This document shows positions 46,301 through 55,653 of a stretch of 64,000 bases of DNA, in pieces. The DNA lies in NCBI GenBank assembly GCA_963422375.2, contig OY729427.2, positions 544,001 through 608,000 on the forward strand, read 5' to 3'. Source of the stretch: Bryobacterales bacterium (GTDB lineage Bacteria > Acidobacteriota > Terriglobia > Bryobacterales > UBA6623). The position numbers were made by a program, and so were the translations under genes. The notes below the pieces were generated by a model. That model did not search any database. It was given only the letters and a program-made list of their open reading frames with translations, and was not told the origin of the DNA. Within the stretch, counting starts at the first letter, position 1, and each line of letters begins with the position of its first letter.

Positions 46301-46546
46301 TTCGGCAACTCGCCGCGCAACATCTGCTGCGGGCCGGGCTTCGCAGTCGTCGACGTCTCGATCCAGAAGCGGTTCCGGCTGTCGGAAAAGGGGCGACTGG
46401 AGTTCCGCGCGGACTTCTTCAACTTCACGAATCACGCCAATTTCGGAATCCCGGAACGCCGTCGCGGCAATTCCGGTTTCGGCAGGATTCGAGGCACCAT
46501 CGGCACGGGACGGCAGGCGCAGCTCGGTCTCCGCATCGAGTTCTAG
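43304..46546 (+). CDS. TonB-dependent receptor, Oar-like with carboxypeptidase-regulatory N-domain
   Basis: AGGAGG SD; signal peptide; GAVTDTTGAVV, EFKVESNNYAAEFG, TRSGTN, YLQDSWK, terminal QLGLRIEF. Confidence 0.95.
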   Translation: MRIRLFLALVAIVSLPLAAQQSGLTGAVTDTTGAVVVGADVTLVNSDTGVLLSAQTNESGAFNFTLVQPGTYELSCESVGFKTYRLSGLVMETGLTKTVTAQLEIGEITETIEVTGSAPLLETENTTVGQFIERTTVAQMPVGSRQAGQLIKLAGNVTFATSGGGLYDLPFFSMAGGRSRNQMWHLDGGVVQNMALGIAQLNLNPPVESLREFKVESNNYAAEFGRTGNGLIIMSTRSGTNDMHGALYHNFRNDKLDARTFFAPSIAPLRYNIFGGSAGGPIKRDRTFFFVNYEGQRRSDGVTIANTDVPHAIEARGDFSNRSSFALKDPLTGEAFENNVIPPSRIDPLGRAFVGLYPEPNAASPLSSAPRDNFVKNVANRGVSDFTTVKVDHNFGPSDRISSRFSYVSAPAQPEPVYPNKFADFRASDQTRSNLVSTSTWNHNFTTTMVNEFRYTFGNRTFTTRGLGTNSGKNGELGVPNVDPEFFATVNVTGYTRLGAGNQERIQKPIRTHQVVNNTSWFKGDHSVKWGIEYRYSRNQDDFNQFAGGSFSFNNRVTGDGIAQLLLGWTTRGQLVDTDILNTRSDYWGVYLQDSWKLTDRLTLNFGLRWDLDTPRWELSNNQSGFDPGQINPVCDCSGVMLFSGRNGRDKYAHAFDGNNLGPRVGLAYKATDSTVVRAGFGVNYNGAYARAVPFTQFWTFSRTLDINSPDGGFTPAFMLSDGLPAVDPFTEEDRVGTFGATMSGRRTVSPDFIQQNQQNGYSQQWNLTLQKQLPNSVLLEAQYQANVGHSLGGPNYNYNMIPLVVGRGPERQSQNLRLFPHYNSVVIESPDWGNSTYHSLNLKAEKRFSSGLSYLFNYTWSKFIDDVESANELGGEQNNGYTHYQLRHLDKALSGNDIRHRLVASGVYELPVGRNKPLAIENAALDALIGGWSLGVIAEFRSGSPFGIIEQTNRSNTFSHGQRPNVLGDPVLAGGRSKSDRLVRWFDTSKFEAPGAGAFGNSPRNICCGPGFAVVDVSIQKRFRLSEKGRLEFRADFFNFTNHANFGIPERRRGNSGFGRIRGTIGTGRQAQLGLRIEF

Positions 46547-47947
46547 CCCACATTATTCATGAATGCGGCGCAGGCTCATGGATCCAATTTCTGGGCCCTC
46601 GATGGCCGCCAAATCTGCTTCCGAAACGCCTGCGGGGGAGGAATGCGGGGCTTGCGGGGCGTCCTCGCGAGCGGCGTGCGGAGCTCGCGCACCGCGGCGG
46701 CACCCGCCCGGGGGGGCAGACGAACTGCCCGTACAGCGGGCCCGCGCCCTCCGCGCCCGGCCGGCCCCCTTTGCGTGTCGGCCCCCAGCCGCGGGTACTT
46801 CGCCCGCAACTGCTCCAGGCGGGACGGCGGGTCCCCCGCGGCCGCCCCTTCCCCGCCGGGGTCCGTGCCCGGGGTGCCGCCGGGCGCGCGCCGGGCCTCG
46901 ACGGCCGCCCGCAACGGGGCCGCGCGCCGCTCCGGCACCGCGTTCTTCTGCAGGCACACCACGCACTCCAGGCCCTCGCGGTACTCCAGGCCCTCGCGCT
47001 CGCCATAGGCCAGCAGCTCGTCCCCTTGGAAGCCCGCGTCCAGGCGCAGGCGCAGCGTCGCCCGCGGGAAGAATTCCCGCAGCTGCGGCAGCAAGCGGTC
47101 CAGCAGCGGCAGCAAGCCCTCCGCGGCCGCGGCCTTGCCCGAGCGCAGCAGCGCCGCCACGAGATGTCGCTCGCGCTCGTCGTCGAAGCGCACCGCGCCC
47201 ACCAGCGGCAAGTAGCAAGGCGTGTCGTAGAAGCCGTTGAACGGCGCCAGCTGCCGGCCCCCGTGCGTCGGCTCGCAGGTCGGGTCGAAGTCCAGCTCGA
47301 CGATCCTGGTCTCGGGGCGCCGCTCGTGCTGGCGCCGGACGACGCAGCGGGCGAGGACCGCGGACAGCGCGCTCGGCGCGTCCGCGGTGACGGCGTTCTC
47401 GAAGCGCGACAAGGTGGGCCGGGACGGCAGGTCGCGGCCTTGCAAGGGCTCGCGCCCGAGCGGTAGCTTGAACACGGGGTCGCCGCCGAGGCGCCCGGCG
47501 TCGTTGCAGTCCTCGTAGCCGCAGGCGAGGCCATAGATGCGCTGGCGGAGCATGTCGGCGAGGGAGTGGAGCACCTTGGAGGGCTGGCGCCGGTCGCGCA
47601 GGCAGTCGGCGAACGCCGCGGTGAGGCCGAGAGCGCGATCGGCGGCCTCGACCGGGACAGCGCCGCCGTCGGAGCTGCTGCGCTCGTGATCGAAGCGGAC
47701 GGCGACGGGACAGATTGCGGAATAGAACGCATTGCGAGCCAGCATCTGCGATCATGTATTCAATATAAACTACCGACTTAAAACAGTTTCGGTTTATAAA
47801 ATTGGATCTCATCCGGACCGGACCGGGGTTGCCGCCGGGGATCGCAGGGCACTCCTAGGAGTGAGGATCGCGCTGGACCGGGGGCCCCCACCGCCCGGGC
47901 GGAGGGACCGGACTATGGCCCTCCGGGCTACTCATGAATTATCCGGG
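46547..47947 (-). mobile_element. IS1380-family element, copy 2 (internally deleted)
   Basis: IRs CCCACATTATTCATGA and TCATGAATTATCCGGG; CTAG duplication at 46543-46546 and 47948-47951; lacks about 0.5 kb of the transposase 3' part present in copy 1. Confidence 0.92.
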
Positions 47948-48056
47948 CTAGCGCAGCGCACGGGCCGACACGCGACCGGGACCTCGCCGGCCCGGTCGCC
48001 CGCCTGCCTTCCGTCGCGAAGCGGGTCTGCGCAAGCTGCGGCCTGCCGCGGCGCGG

Positions 48057-48824
48057 CTAGCCCAGCAGGGCGCGAACCATGGCCGCGTTGCGCTTGCTCA
48101 CTGCGCACTGCACACCGTTGTCGAGGGTCAGCATCCAGCGCCGGCTGCTTAGAGCGCTGATCCGGCGGATCTTGTCGCTGTTCACGAGCAGGCCGCGATG
48201 CACCCGCAGGAACGCGGTATTCGCCAAGCGGCTCTCCAGCGCGGACAGCGTCAGGGTCGCCCGGTACTTTCTGCCCTTGGTCTGAATCCAAACGATCTCG
48301 CCAGCGGCTTGGAACGCGTACACCTGGTCCAAGTCGAGAAGCAGGTAGTCGCGCCCGTGGCACGCAACGATCTTCATCCTCCGCGGCGAGTGCTCCGCGG
48401 CAGCGTTGACGGTCGTAGCGACCTGCTCGGCGGTGTAGCTCGGACGCTTCGCGCCTTCCAGCGCCCGTTCGACGGAGCGCTTCAGCCGCTCGGCGCTGAA
48501 CGGCTTGAGCAGGTAGTCGACGGCCCCTACTTCGAATGCCCTGAGCGCATGCTCGCTGTACGCGGTTACGAAGACGACGGCCGGGAGTCGCCCGCGGATT
48601 CCGCGCACTACCTCGAAGCCGTCGTAGACGGGCATCTGGATGTCCAGCAGCACCAAGTCGGGATCCAGATCGGCGATCTGCCTCTGCGCGTCCGCGCCGT
48701 TCTCGGCCTCGCCGACGATCTCGATCCCGCTCAGGTCCGCCAGGTCGCGACGCAGGACCTCCCGCGCGGCTGCCTCGTCGTCCACGATCAAGGTGCGCAG
48801 CCGGTCCGCCCCACCGAGGTTCAT
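48057..48824 (-). CDS. LytTR-family response regulator
   Basis: LIVDDE, LDIQMP, FVTAY..AFEVGAVDYLLKP, FLRVHRG.LVN. Confidence 0.95.
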   Translation of the reverse strand: MNLGGADRLRTLIVDDEAAAREVLRRDLADLSGIEIVGEAENGADAQRQIADLDPDLVLLDIQMPVYDGFEVVRGIRGRLPAVVFVTAYSEHALRAFEVGAVDYLLKPFSAERLKRSVERALEGAKRPSYTAEQVATTVNAAAEHSPRRMKIVACHGRDYLLLDLDQVYAFQAAGEIVWIQTKGRKYRATLTLSALESRLANTAFLRVHRGLLVNSDKIRRISALSSRRWMLTLDNGVQCAVSKRNAAMVRALLG

Positions 48825-49017
48825 CCCTACCGCTTTGTATCACGCTACCGTCGCAGCCGGGATGCCTCTGACTGCAGGCGGGACGGTCCAGCCTGTCCGA
48901 GGGCCCCTCCGGGCGATGCGCGGGGCATCGAGCCAGCCGTCGGGGGTCTGCTTGCCCAGGCAGCTCTGAATTCCCTTGCCGGGTGCTGTAAGTTGACCCA
49001 AGGGCCGGCAGCTCGCT

Positions 49018-50841
49018 GTGGAATTCGTCGTCCATTTCCCGATCCTCCTCAACGTCCTCGGCCACTCAGCGGGCATCACGGCGTTCGGGGCTTTCCTGGC
49101 GCTGCTGTTCCGCAGCCCGCGCCGAGGCATGCGTGCTCCGGCCGTCGCGGCCGGCCTGGCCCTGTGCTGGAACCTCGGCTCGCTAGTCGTCCTATTGGCG
49201 GAACAGGGGAGCGCCCTCCAAGGGACCGTCGCGGCGGCCAGCCTCGCCGTGCTGAGCATCCTGCCGTGCACCCTGCTGCACCTGGCGCTGCAAGGCGAGC
49301 ACCGGTGGCTGGCCCGGGCCGGCTACTGCATTGGATCGTGCGCCGCAGCCATCCACCTCTCAAGCGCCGCCGACCTGCAGGTCGCTTCCCAAGCCGTCGG
49401 CATTTCGCTGATAATGTACGGATTCAGCGCGGTCGCTATAGTCGGCGCGGCTCTGCTGCTGGCCCGCCGGAACACCCTGCGCAGCGGGCCGGGGATGCGC
49501 TTCCTCGCCGCGATGGCTCTCTTCCTGCTGGCGGCGTCGTTCGTCCATTTCGGCAGGTTCCACGAATCGGGAGCGTGGCTTCACGAGCTGGCCCTTCACC
49601 ACGCCGGCATCCCTCTGGCGCTCTTCGTGCTGCTGCAGGACTACCGCTTCCTCCTACTTGACGTGTTCGTTCGTCTCGCGGGGGCGGGCCTGCTGGCCGC
49701 GTCATTCGCAGGCTCGCTCCTGTGGCTCGCTGACTCCCTCGGGCTGGCGCGGACCGAGGAGTCGACGGCGCTCGGCGTGGCCGTCTTCGTGGTGGGTTCC
49801 GGCGCGATCATCGTGTCCTACCCCGCGCTCCTGCAACGGCTGGGCGTCTGGGTGGAGAACGCGCTCTTCCGCAGGAAGAATGCGCACGAGGCGGCACGAG
49901 CCATCCGCGCCCTCGCAGCCGAGAGCGAGGCCGCGTATCTAGAGCAGGCCTCGCGGACGGTGGCGGACTTCGTTTCCGCGAAGCGCTGGGAGCTGCTCGA
50001 GGCGACGCGCGGACCGCGCGTCGCCCGCTCCGAGGCCGCCCCGGCTCCGATCTTCGAGTCCCTCGCCCCGGCGGACAATGCCTGGGCGGAGGCGGCAGTG
50101 CCGTTGCGGGACGGCACCGGGGCCGACCGCCCCCTCCTGCTGGGACCCCGCGCGGGGGGACGGCGCTACCTGAGCCTTGATCTCGCGGACTTGGACCTGC
50201 TGGCGGCGGAAGTCGCGAGCCGGGTGGAGCGGATGCGCCGCGACGAGCAGGAGAATCTGTTGCGGGACGCCGAGATGGCGACGCTGCGCGCGCAGATCAA
50301 CCCGCACTTTCTATTCAACGCGCTGAACGCGCTGAACGCGATCATCCCTGCCAGCGCGCCGGATGCCCGCCGGACGGTGCTGAACCTAGCGGAAGTGTTC
50401 CGATACTCCCTTGCGGCCAAGCGCCAGCTGGTCCCGCTGGAGGAAGAGCTGGGAATCGTCGAGGCCTACCTGCAAATCGAGAGGCTCCGCCTCGGCAGGC
50501 GGCTGGCTACCAAGATCGATCTGGACGAGCGGGTCCGCTGCAGCTCGGTGCCCGCGCTCTCGATCCAGCCCTTGGTCGAGAACGCAGTCAAGCACGGAAT
50601 CAGCCGCAGGGCCGAAGGCGGGGAAGTCCGGGTGCTGGCGCGCGAGGAAGGAGGGGCGCTGCGCGTCGAAGTGATCGACGACGGCCCCGGATTCGATCCC
50701 GCAGCCCTGCCCGAGCGCGGGCACGGGCTGCGCAGCGTAGAGCGACGCCTGCAGCTGTGTTTCGCGGGGAAGGCGGAATTCGTCCTCGAATCCCGGCCGA
50801 CGGGATCCAAGGTGGGATTCCTCGTCGGCGGAGGCGCGTAG
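49018..50841 (+). CDS. LytS-type membrane sensor histidine kinase
   Basis: Multiple TM helices; LRAQINPHFLFNALN, IQPLVENAVKHG, DDGPG, GHGL. Confidence 0.93.
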   Translation: MEFVVHFPILLNVLGHSAGITAFGAFLALLFRSPRRGMRAPAVAAGLALCWNLGSLVVLLAEQGSALQGTVAAASLAVLSILPCTLLHLALQGEHRWLARAGYCIGSCAAAIHLSSAADLQVASQAVGISLIMYGFSAVAIVGAALLLARRNTLRSGPGMRFLAAMALFLLAASFVHFGRFHESGAWLHELALHHAGIPLALFVLLQDYRFLLLDVFVRLAGAGLLAASFAGSLLWLADSLGLARTEESTALGVAVFVVGSGAIIVSYPALLQRLGVWVENALFRRKNAHEAARAIRALAAESEAAYLEQASRTVADFVSAKRWELLEATRGPRVARSEAAPAPIFESLAPADNAWAEAAVPLRDGTGADRPLLLGPRAGGRRYLSLDLADLDLLAAEVASRVERMRRDEQENLLRDAEMATLRAQINPHFLFNALNALNAIIPASAPDARRTVLNLAEVFRYSLAAKRQLVPLEEELGIVEAYLQIERLRLGRRLATKIDLDERVRCSSVPALSIQPLVENAVKHGISRRAEGGEVRVLAREEGGALRVEVIDDGPGFDPAALPERGHGLRSVERRLQLCFAGKAEFVLESRPTGSKVGFLVGGGA

Positions 50842-50909
50842 CGTATCCGATGGACTCGCGGCCCGGCGGGCGGCGAGGGGTAGGCTCCGCCGACACTGGG
50901 CGCGAGGCT

Positions 50910-52853
50910 CTAGGCGGTCGCGTCGCAGGAATCGATCAGCGGCTTGAGGTCGGCTAGGAACTCCCTCGGCTTGCGGGCACCCGTGTCACCCGCCCTGCGG
51001 TGCCGCACGGAAACCGTCGCGGTGTCCGTCTCGCGCTTTCCTACCACGAGCATGTACGGAATCTTCTGCAGCTGCGCCTCGCGGATCTTGAAGCCGATTT
51101 TCTCCCCGCGAGCGTCGACCTCCACCCGCAGCCCGCCGGAGCGGAGCTCCCGCGCAACTTCGCCGGCGTACTCGATCTGGCGGTCGGTGATCGGCAGCAC
51201 GATGGCCTGCACCGGAGCGAGCCACAGCGGGAACGCTCCGGCGTAGTGCTCAATGAGCACGCCGAAAAACCGCTCGACGGATCCCCACAGCGCGCGATGG
51301 ACCATCACCGGGGAATGCGCCTTGCCGTCGGCACCAATGTACTCCAAGCCGAATCGGCGGGGCAGGTTGAAGTCGAACTGGATCGTCGACAGCTGCCACG
51401 GGCGCCCGATCGCGTCGACCATCTTGATATCGATCTTGGGGCCGTAGAACGCCGCCTCGTCCGCCATGACCTTCGCCTCGATGCCGCGCTTCCTCAGCGC
51501 CTCGAACAGGCTGTCCTCTGCCAGCTCCCATTCGTCCGGCGTGCCGGCGTACTTGCCGCTCGCCCCGCCGTCCCAAGTGGAAAGCTCCACGGCGAACTCG
51601 GCGAAGCCGAACGCGCGCAGCACCTCCATCGCCAGGTCGACGCAGCCCAGCACCTCGGACTCGACCTGCTCCGGCGTGCAAAAGATGTGCGCGTCGTCCT
51701 GGGTGAAGCCGCGCACCCGCAGCAGTCCGTGCATGACGCCCGATCGCTCGTACCGATAGACCGTGCCGAGCTCGGCCAGCCGGACTGGCAGGTCCCGGTA
51801 GCTGCGCAGCCTGTCCTTGTAGATCAGGATGTGGAACGGACAGTTCATCGGCTTGAGCTGGTACAGCGAGTCGTCCAGCTTCATGGGCTTGAACATGTCG
51901 TCCTTGTAGAACTCGGCGTGGCCGGAGGTCTCCCACAGCCCGTGCCGGGCCACATGGGGCGTCGAAACGAGGCCGTAGCCGCGCGCCACCAGCTGCTCGC
52001 GCAGCCAGTCCTCCATCACGCGCCGGATCGTCCCGCCCTTGGGATGCCAGAAGATCAGGCCCGGCCCGGCCTGCTCCTGGATGCTGAATAGGTCGAGCTG
52101 CTTGCCGAGCTTGCGGTGGTCGCGCTTCCTCGCCTCCTCCAAGCGGTTCAAGTGGGCCTTGAGGTCCTTCTTGGAAAAGAAGGCGGTGCCGTAGACGCGC
52201 TGGAGGCGCTGGAGGCGCTCGTCGCCCTTCCAGTACGCACCGGCCACCGACAGCAGCTTGAAAGCCTTGATGCGCCCCATGGACGGCACGTGCGGGCCGC
52301 GGCAGAAGTCCATGAACAGGTCGCCGGTCTTGTAGACCGACACCCGCGTATCGTCGGTCTTCTCCTCGATCAGCTCGCACTTCATGAACTCGCCCTGGCG
52401 CCGGTACTCGGCCAAGGCCTCCTCGCGCGGAATCCAGACGCGCTCGTTCTCAGGATCGCGCTTGACGATCTCGCGCATGCGATCCTCGATCATCGCCAGA
52501 TCGTCCGGCGTGAAGGGCCGCTCCCTGTACATGTCGTAAAAGAAGCCCTGCTCGGTCGGCGGACCTACCCCGAGCTTCGTCTCGGGAAACAGCTCCAGCG
52601 TCGCGGCCGCGAGCAGATGGGCCGCGGAATGCCGGTAGACCTCCAGCGCCTCGTGGTCGCGATCCGTCAGAAAGCGGACGCTGGCATCCGCGCCAAGCGG
52701 CGTGGCCAGATCCGCCAGATCCCCGTCGATCTCCGCCACCAGAGCGGCGCGCGCCAAGCCGGGACTGATCCGCTCGGCAACGGCTCGCGCGGCCGTGCCC
52801 TGCTCGACGTGCATCCGGCTGCCGTCGGGAAGGGTGACTGCAACGTTGGGCAT
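50910..52853 (-). CDS. thrS: Threonine--tRNA ligase
   Basis: TGS domain VTLPDGS; HSAAHLL; DFCRGPHV; RDHRKLG; LKPMNCP; RVRGFTQDDAH; HRALWGSVERF. Confidence 0.98.
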   Translation of the reverse strand: MPNVAVTLPDGSRMHVEQGTAARAVAERISPGLARAALVAEIDGDLADLATPLGADASVRFLTDRDHEALEVYRHSAAHLLAAATLELFPETKLGVGPPTEQGFFYDMYRERPFTPDDLAMIEDRMREIVKRDPENERVWIPREEALAEYRRQGEFMKCELIEEKTDDTRVSVYKTGDLFMDFCRGPHVPSMGRIKAFKLLSVAGAYWKGDERLQRLQRVYGTAFFSKKDLKAHLNRLEEARKRDHRKLGKQLDLFSIQEQAGPGLIFWHPKGGTIRRVMEDWLREQLVARGYGLVSTPHVARHGLWETSGHAEFYKDDMFKPMKLDDSLYQLKPMNCPFHILIYKDRLRSYRDLPVRLAELGTVYRYERSGVMHGLLRVRGFTQDDAHIFCTPEQVESEVLGCVDLAMEVLRAFGFAEFAVELSTWDGGASGKYAGTPDEWELAEDSLFEALRKRGIEAKVMADEAAFYGPKIDIKMVDAIGRPWQLSTIQFDFNLPRRFGLEYIGADGKAHSPVMVHRALWGSVERFFGVLIEHYAGAFPLWLAPVQAIVLPITDRQIEYAGEVARELRSGGLRVEVDARGEKIGFKIREAQLQKIPYMLVVGKRETDTATVSVRHRRAGDTGARKPREFLADLKPLIDSCDATA

Positions 52854-52906
52854 CTGCAAGCGAGGGCGCGGGGGGAGGCGCCTCCCCGAGCGAGCCTCCG
52901 AAACTC

Positions 52907-53581
52907 TCAGTATCGCTCGAATGACTGCCGGTCGTCCGGAACGCCGGCGGCCGCGAGACGCTCGCGCAGGGAGGCCACCATCGCGGGGTGCCCGCAGAAG
53001 TAGGCGTCGAGGTCGCTTCGGGCGGCAAGCGCCAGTTCCACGTGGTCGGTGACGCGCCCCCGCAGGCCCGTCCACCCGGGCGCGGCCCGGCTCAGGGTGG
53101 GCAGGAACCGGAAGCCCTCGCGGCTCGCCGCGAGCGCCTCGAACTCGCCGCGGTAGAGCAGGTCCGAGGCGCGACGAGCACCTAGGACTAGCGTCGCGAC
53201 CGCGCCGGGATTGGCCTGCAGCTGCGCTCGGAGGATGGCCCGCAGCGGGGAGACTCCCGTGCCCGCCGCGAAATAGACCGCCGGGCGAGCCGGATCAAGC
53301 AGGCGCATCCTGCCGGCGGGCTCGCCGCAGTCGACAGCATCCCCCGGCCGGAGGCCGAGCAGGTGCGCGCCGAATTCCCCGTCGTGGCGGATGCACAGCT
53401 CGACACGCCCGTCACCGGAGGGAGGAGAGGCGATGGAGTAGTAGCGCCGGGCCCGCGACCCGTCGAGGTCTGCTTCCAGCGCAAGATACTGGCCGGGCCG
53501 ATGCCGGAACGGCGTCCGAAAGGAAAAGTGGGTGACGCTCTCGCTGAGGGGGCGCGCCTCGATCAGTCGGATTGTCGCCAC
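52907..53581 (-). CDS. FAD/NAD(P)-binding oxidoreductase (ferredoxin reductase family)
   Basis: PGQY, RYYSIAS, AAGTGVSP, YFCGHPAM, FERY. Confidence 0.9.
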   Translation of the reverse strand: MATIRLIEARPLSESVTHFSFRTPFRHRPGQYLALEADLDGSRARRYYSIASPPSGDGRVELCIRHDGEFGAHLLGLRPGDAVDCGEPAGRMRLLDPARPAVYFAAGTGVSPLRAILRAQLQANPGAVATLVLGARRASDLLYRGEFEALAASREGFRFLPTLSRAAPGWTGLRGRVTDHVELALAARSDLDAYFCGHPAMVASLRERLAAAGVPDDRQSFERY

Positions 53582-53611
53582 GCTGCGTCCCCTCGCCGCC
53601 GTCCCAAGCCG

Positions 53612-54016
53612 CTACCGAGACCCGGGTTCCGTGCCGCTCGCCTGCAAGAGCGCACCGGCCCGCTCGGCGAGAATACCCGCCAGGCCGGGATGCCCGTCCA
53701 GCGGAGGCGATGTCCGCACCAGCAGATCCGGATGCGCGGACCGGACCAGGCCCAGCAGCCGCGGCAGATCTTCGGTCAAGTGGCGTCCATTGGTGAGGAA
53801 ATACGGCGTGACCAGCACCTCGCGGACCCCTTCGGCGGCGAGTTGGGCGATCGCCTCGCCCAGCGTCGGATCCGCCAGCTCGAGGAACGCGGTGCGGTAG
53901 GCCGGCAGGCCCGCTTGCCGGGCCGCCTCGCGCGCCACGCGCCTCACGGCTTCATTCGCCGCGACCACGCGCGAGCCGTGCGCGAACACCACCAAGCCGA
54001 TCGCGTTGCAGGTCAA
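53612..54016 (-). CDS. CbiX/SirB-family chelatase (single domain)
   Basis: VFAHGSR, AFLELADP, PYFLTNGRH..DLP; start uncertain (TTG 54016). Confidence 0.85.
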   Translation of the reverse strand: MTCNAIGLVVFAHGSRVVAANEAVRRVAREAARQAGLPAYRTAFLELADPTLGEAIAQLAAEGVREVLVTPYFLTNGRHLTEDLPRLLGLVRSAHPDLLVRTSPPLDGHPGLAGILAERAGALLQASGTEPGSR

Positions 54017-54035
54017 GGTATACTCTCGATTTCCT

Positions 54036-55616
54036 ATGGACGCCTTTATTATCACCGCATACTTCGTCGCGGTGTTCGGGGTGGGCTTCTACCACTCGCG
54101 GAACAAGAACACCACAACCGAGTACTTCCTGGCCGGCAAGCACATCGGCTGGTTCGCGGTCGGGGCCACACTGTTCTCGACGAATATCGGCAGCGAGCAC
54201 GTCATCGGCTTGGCTGGCTCGGGCGCATCCAGCGGCCTGGCGGTGGGCACCTACGAGTGGTCCGCCAGCTTCTGCCTGCTGCTGCTGGCGTGGATCTTCA
54301 TTCCGCAGTACCTCCGCAGCCGCATCTTCACCATGCCGGAGTTCCTCGAGAAGCGCTTCAGCCCTGGCTGCCGCTGGTACCTGACGACGGTCTCGCTGTT
54401 CGCGTACGTGCTGACAAAGATCTCCGTGGCGCTGTTCGCCGCAGGGATTCTCGCCCGCGAAATCTTCGGCTGGGACTACATGACCACGGCCGTGCTGCTG
54501 GTCATCGCCACCGGCATCTACACCATCACGGGCGGACTCTCGGCCGTGATCTACACCGACCTGCTGCAGGCGTTCATCATGATCGGCGGATCGGCATTCC
54601 TGACGCTGCTCGGGCTGGGCGAGGCCGGGGGCTTCGCCGGGCTGCGGGAGGCGCTCCCGGGCGATTTCTTCCATATCGTCAAGGACATAAGCCACCCGGA
54701 GTACCCGTGGCTAGGCACCACCCTGGGAACGATGATCCTCGGCACGTGGTACTGGTGCACCGACCAGGTGATCGTGCAGAAGACGCTGAGCGCCCGGAAC
54801 CTGCCCCACGCCCGGGGCGGGGCGATCCTCGCGTCGGCGCTGAAGATCCTGCCGGTATTCATCCTGGTGCTGCCGGGTCTGATCGCCCGCGCGCTATGGC
54901 CCGCGGAGGCCACGGGGGACACGGCGTTCCCGCTGCTCGTGCAACGCCTGCTGCCTGCCGGCCTTTCCGGACTCATGATCGCGGCTTTGCTGGCCGCGCT
55001 GATGTCCTCCCTGAGCAGCGTCCTGAATTCGTGCTCGACGCTCGTGACGATGGACATCTACAAGAAGCTGCGACCGGACGCCAGCGAGAAGCGCCTCGTG
55101 TTCGTCGGACGGCTGATTACTGGCTGCGTGGTGCTGGTGAGCATCCTGTGGATTCCCATGATCCGCCACCTGAGCGGCGAGGTCTACCAATACCTGCAGA
55201 GCGTGCAGGCGTACATCGGCGCTCCGATCACGGCGACATTCCTGCTCGGCATCCTGTGGCGGGGCGGAACCTCCCGGGCCGCGATCTCGACCTTGGTCTT
55301 CGGCGGCCTGGCGGGCGGGGGGCGGTTCGCGCTCGACATCCTGTACAAGGCCTACGGCATGGATCTGGGCCCGCTGAACGGCTTGGTCCAGATCCCGTTC
55401 CTGAACTTCAGCGTCGGAGTGTTCGGCGCCTGCCTGGCCCTGTTCTGGGCCGTGAGCAAGCTGGACGAGAGACCGGCAGCCGCCCGCGTCGCGGAGCTCA
55501 CGGTCGACTGGTCCGGGAAACGGCGGGGCGACGGAGCCGGCAGCGAGAAGCTGCAGGGCTGGCTTTCCGCCGGCGTGGGCCTGGCGGTGCTGATGCTGTG
55601 GTTCCACTTCCGGTAG
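54036..55616 (+). CDS. Sodium:solute symporter (SGLT-like)
   Basis: EYFLAG, TNIGSEH..GLAGSG, TMPEFLEKRF, WYWCTDQVIVQ, AALMSSLSS. Confidence 0.95.
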   Translation: MDAFIITAYFVAVFGVGFYHSRNKNTTTEYFLAGKHIGWFAVGATLFSTNIGSEHVIGLAGSGASSGLAVGTYEWSASFCLLLLAWIFIPQYLRSRIFTMPEFLEKRFSPGCRWYLTTVSLFAYVLTKISVALFAAGILAREIFGWDYMTTAVLLVIATGIYTITGGLSAVIYTDLLQAFIMIGGSAFLTLLGLGEAGGFAGLREALPGDFFHIVKDISHPEYPWLGTTLGTMILGTWYWCTDQVIVQKTLSARNLPHARGGAILASALKILPVFILVLPGLIARALWPAEATGDTAFPLLVQRLLPAGLSGLMIAALLAALMSSLSSVLNSCSTLVTMDIYKKLRPDASEKRLVFVGRLITGCVVLVSILWIPMIRHLSGEVYQYLQSVQAYIGAPITATFLLGILWRGGTSRAAISTLVFGGLAGGGRFALDILYKAYGMDLGPLNGLVQIPFLNFSVGVFGACLALFWAVSKLDERPAAARVAELTVDWSGKRRGDGAGSEKLQGWLSAGVGLAVLMLWFHFR

Positions 55617-55653
55617 CTAGGAAGCCGGCGGCAGCCGATTGCGCGGAGTCGCC

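Noticed and set aside
52854..52906. T-box or tRNA-mimic operator in the thrS leader
   Set aside because: Only a short GGGGAGGC/GCCTCCCC palindrome; no T-box motif and too little space.
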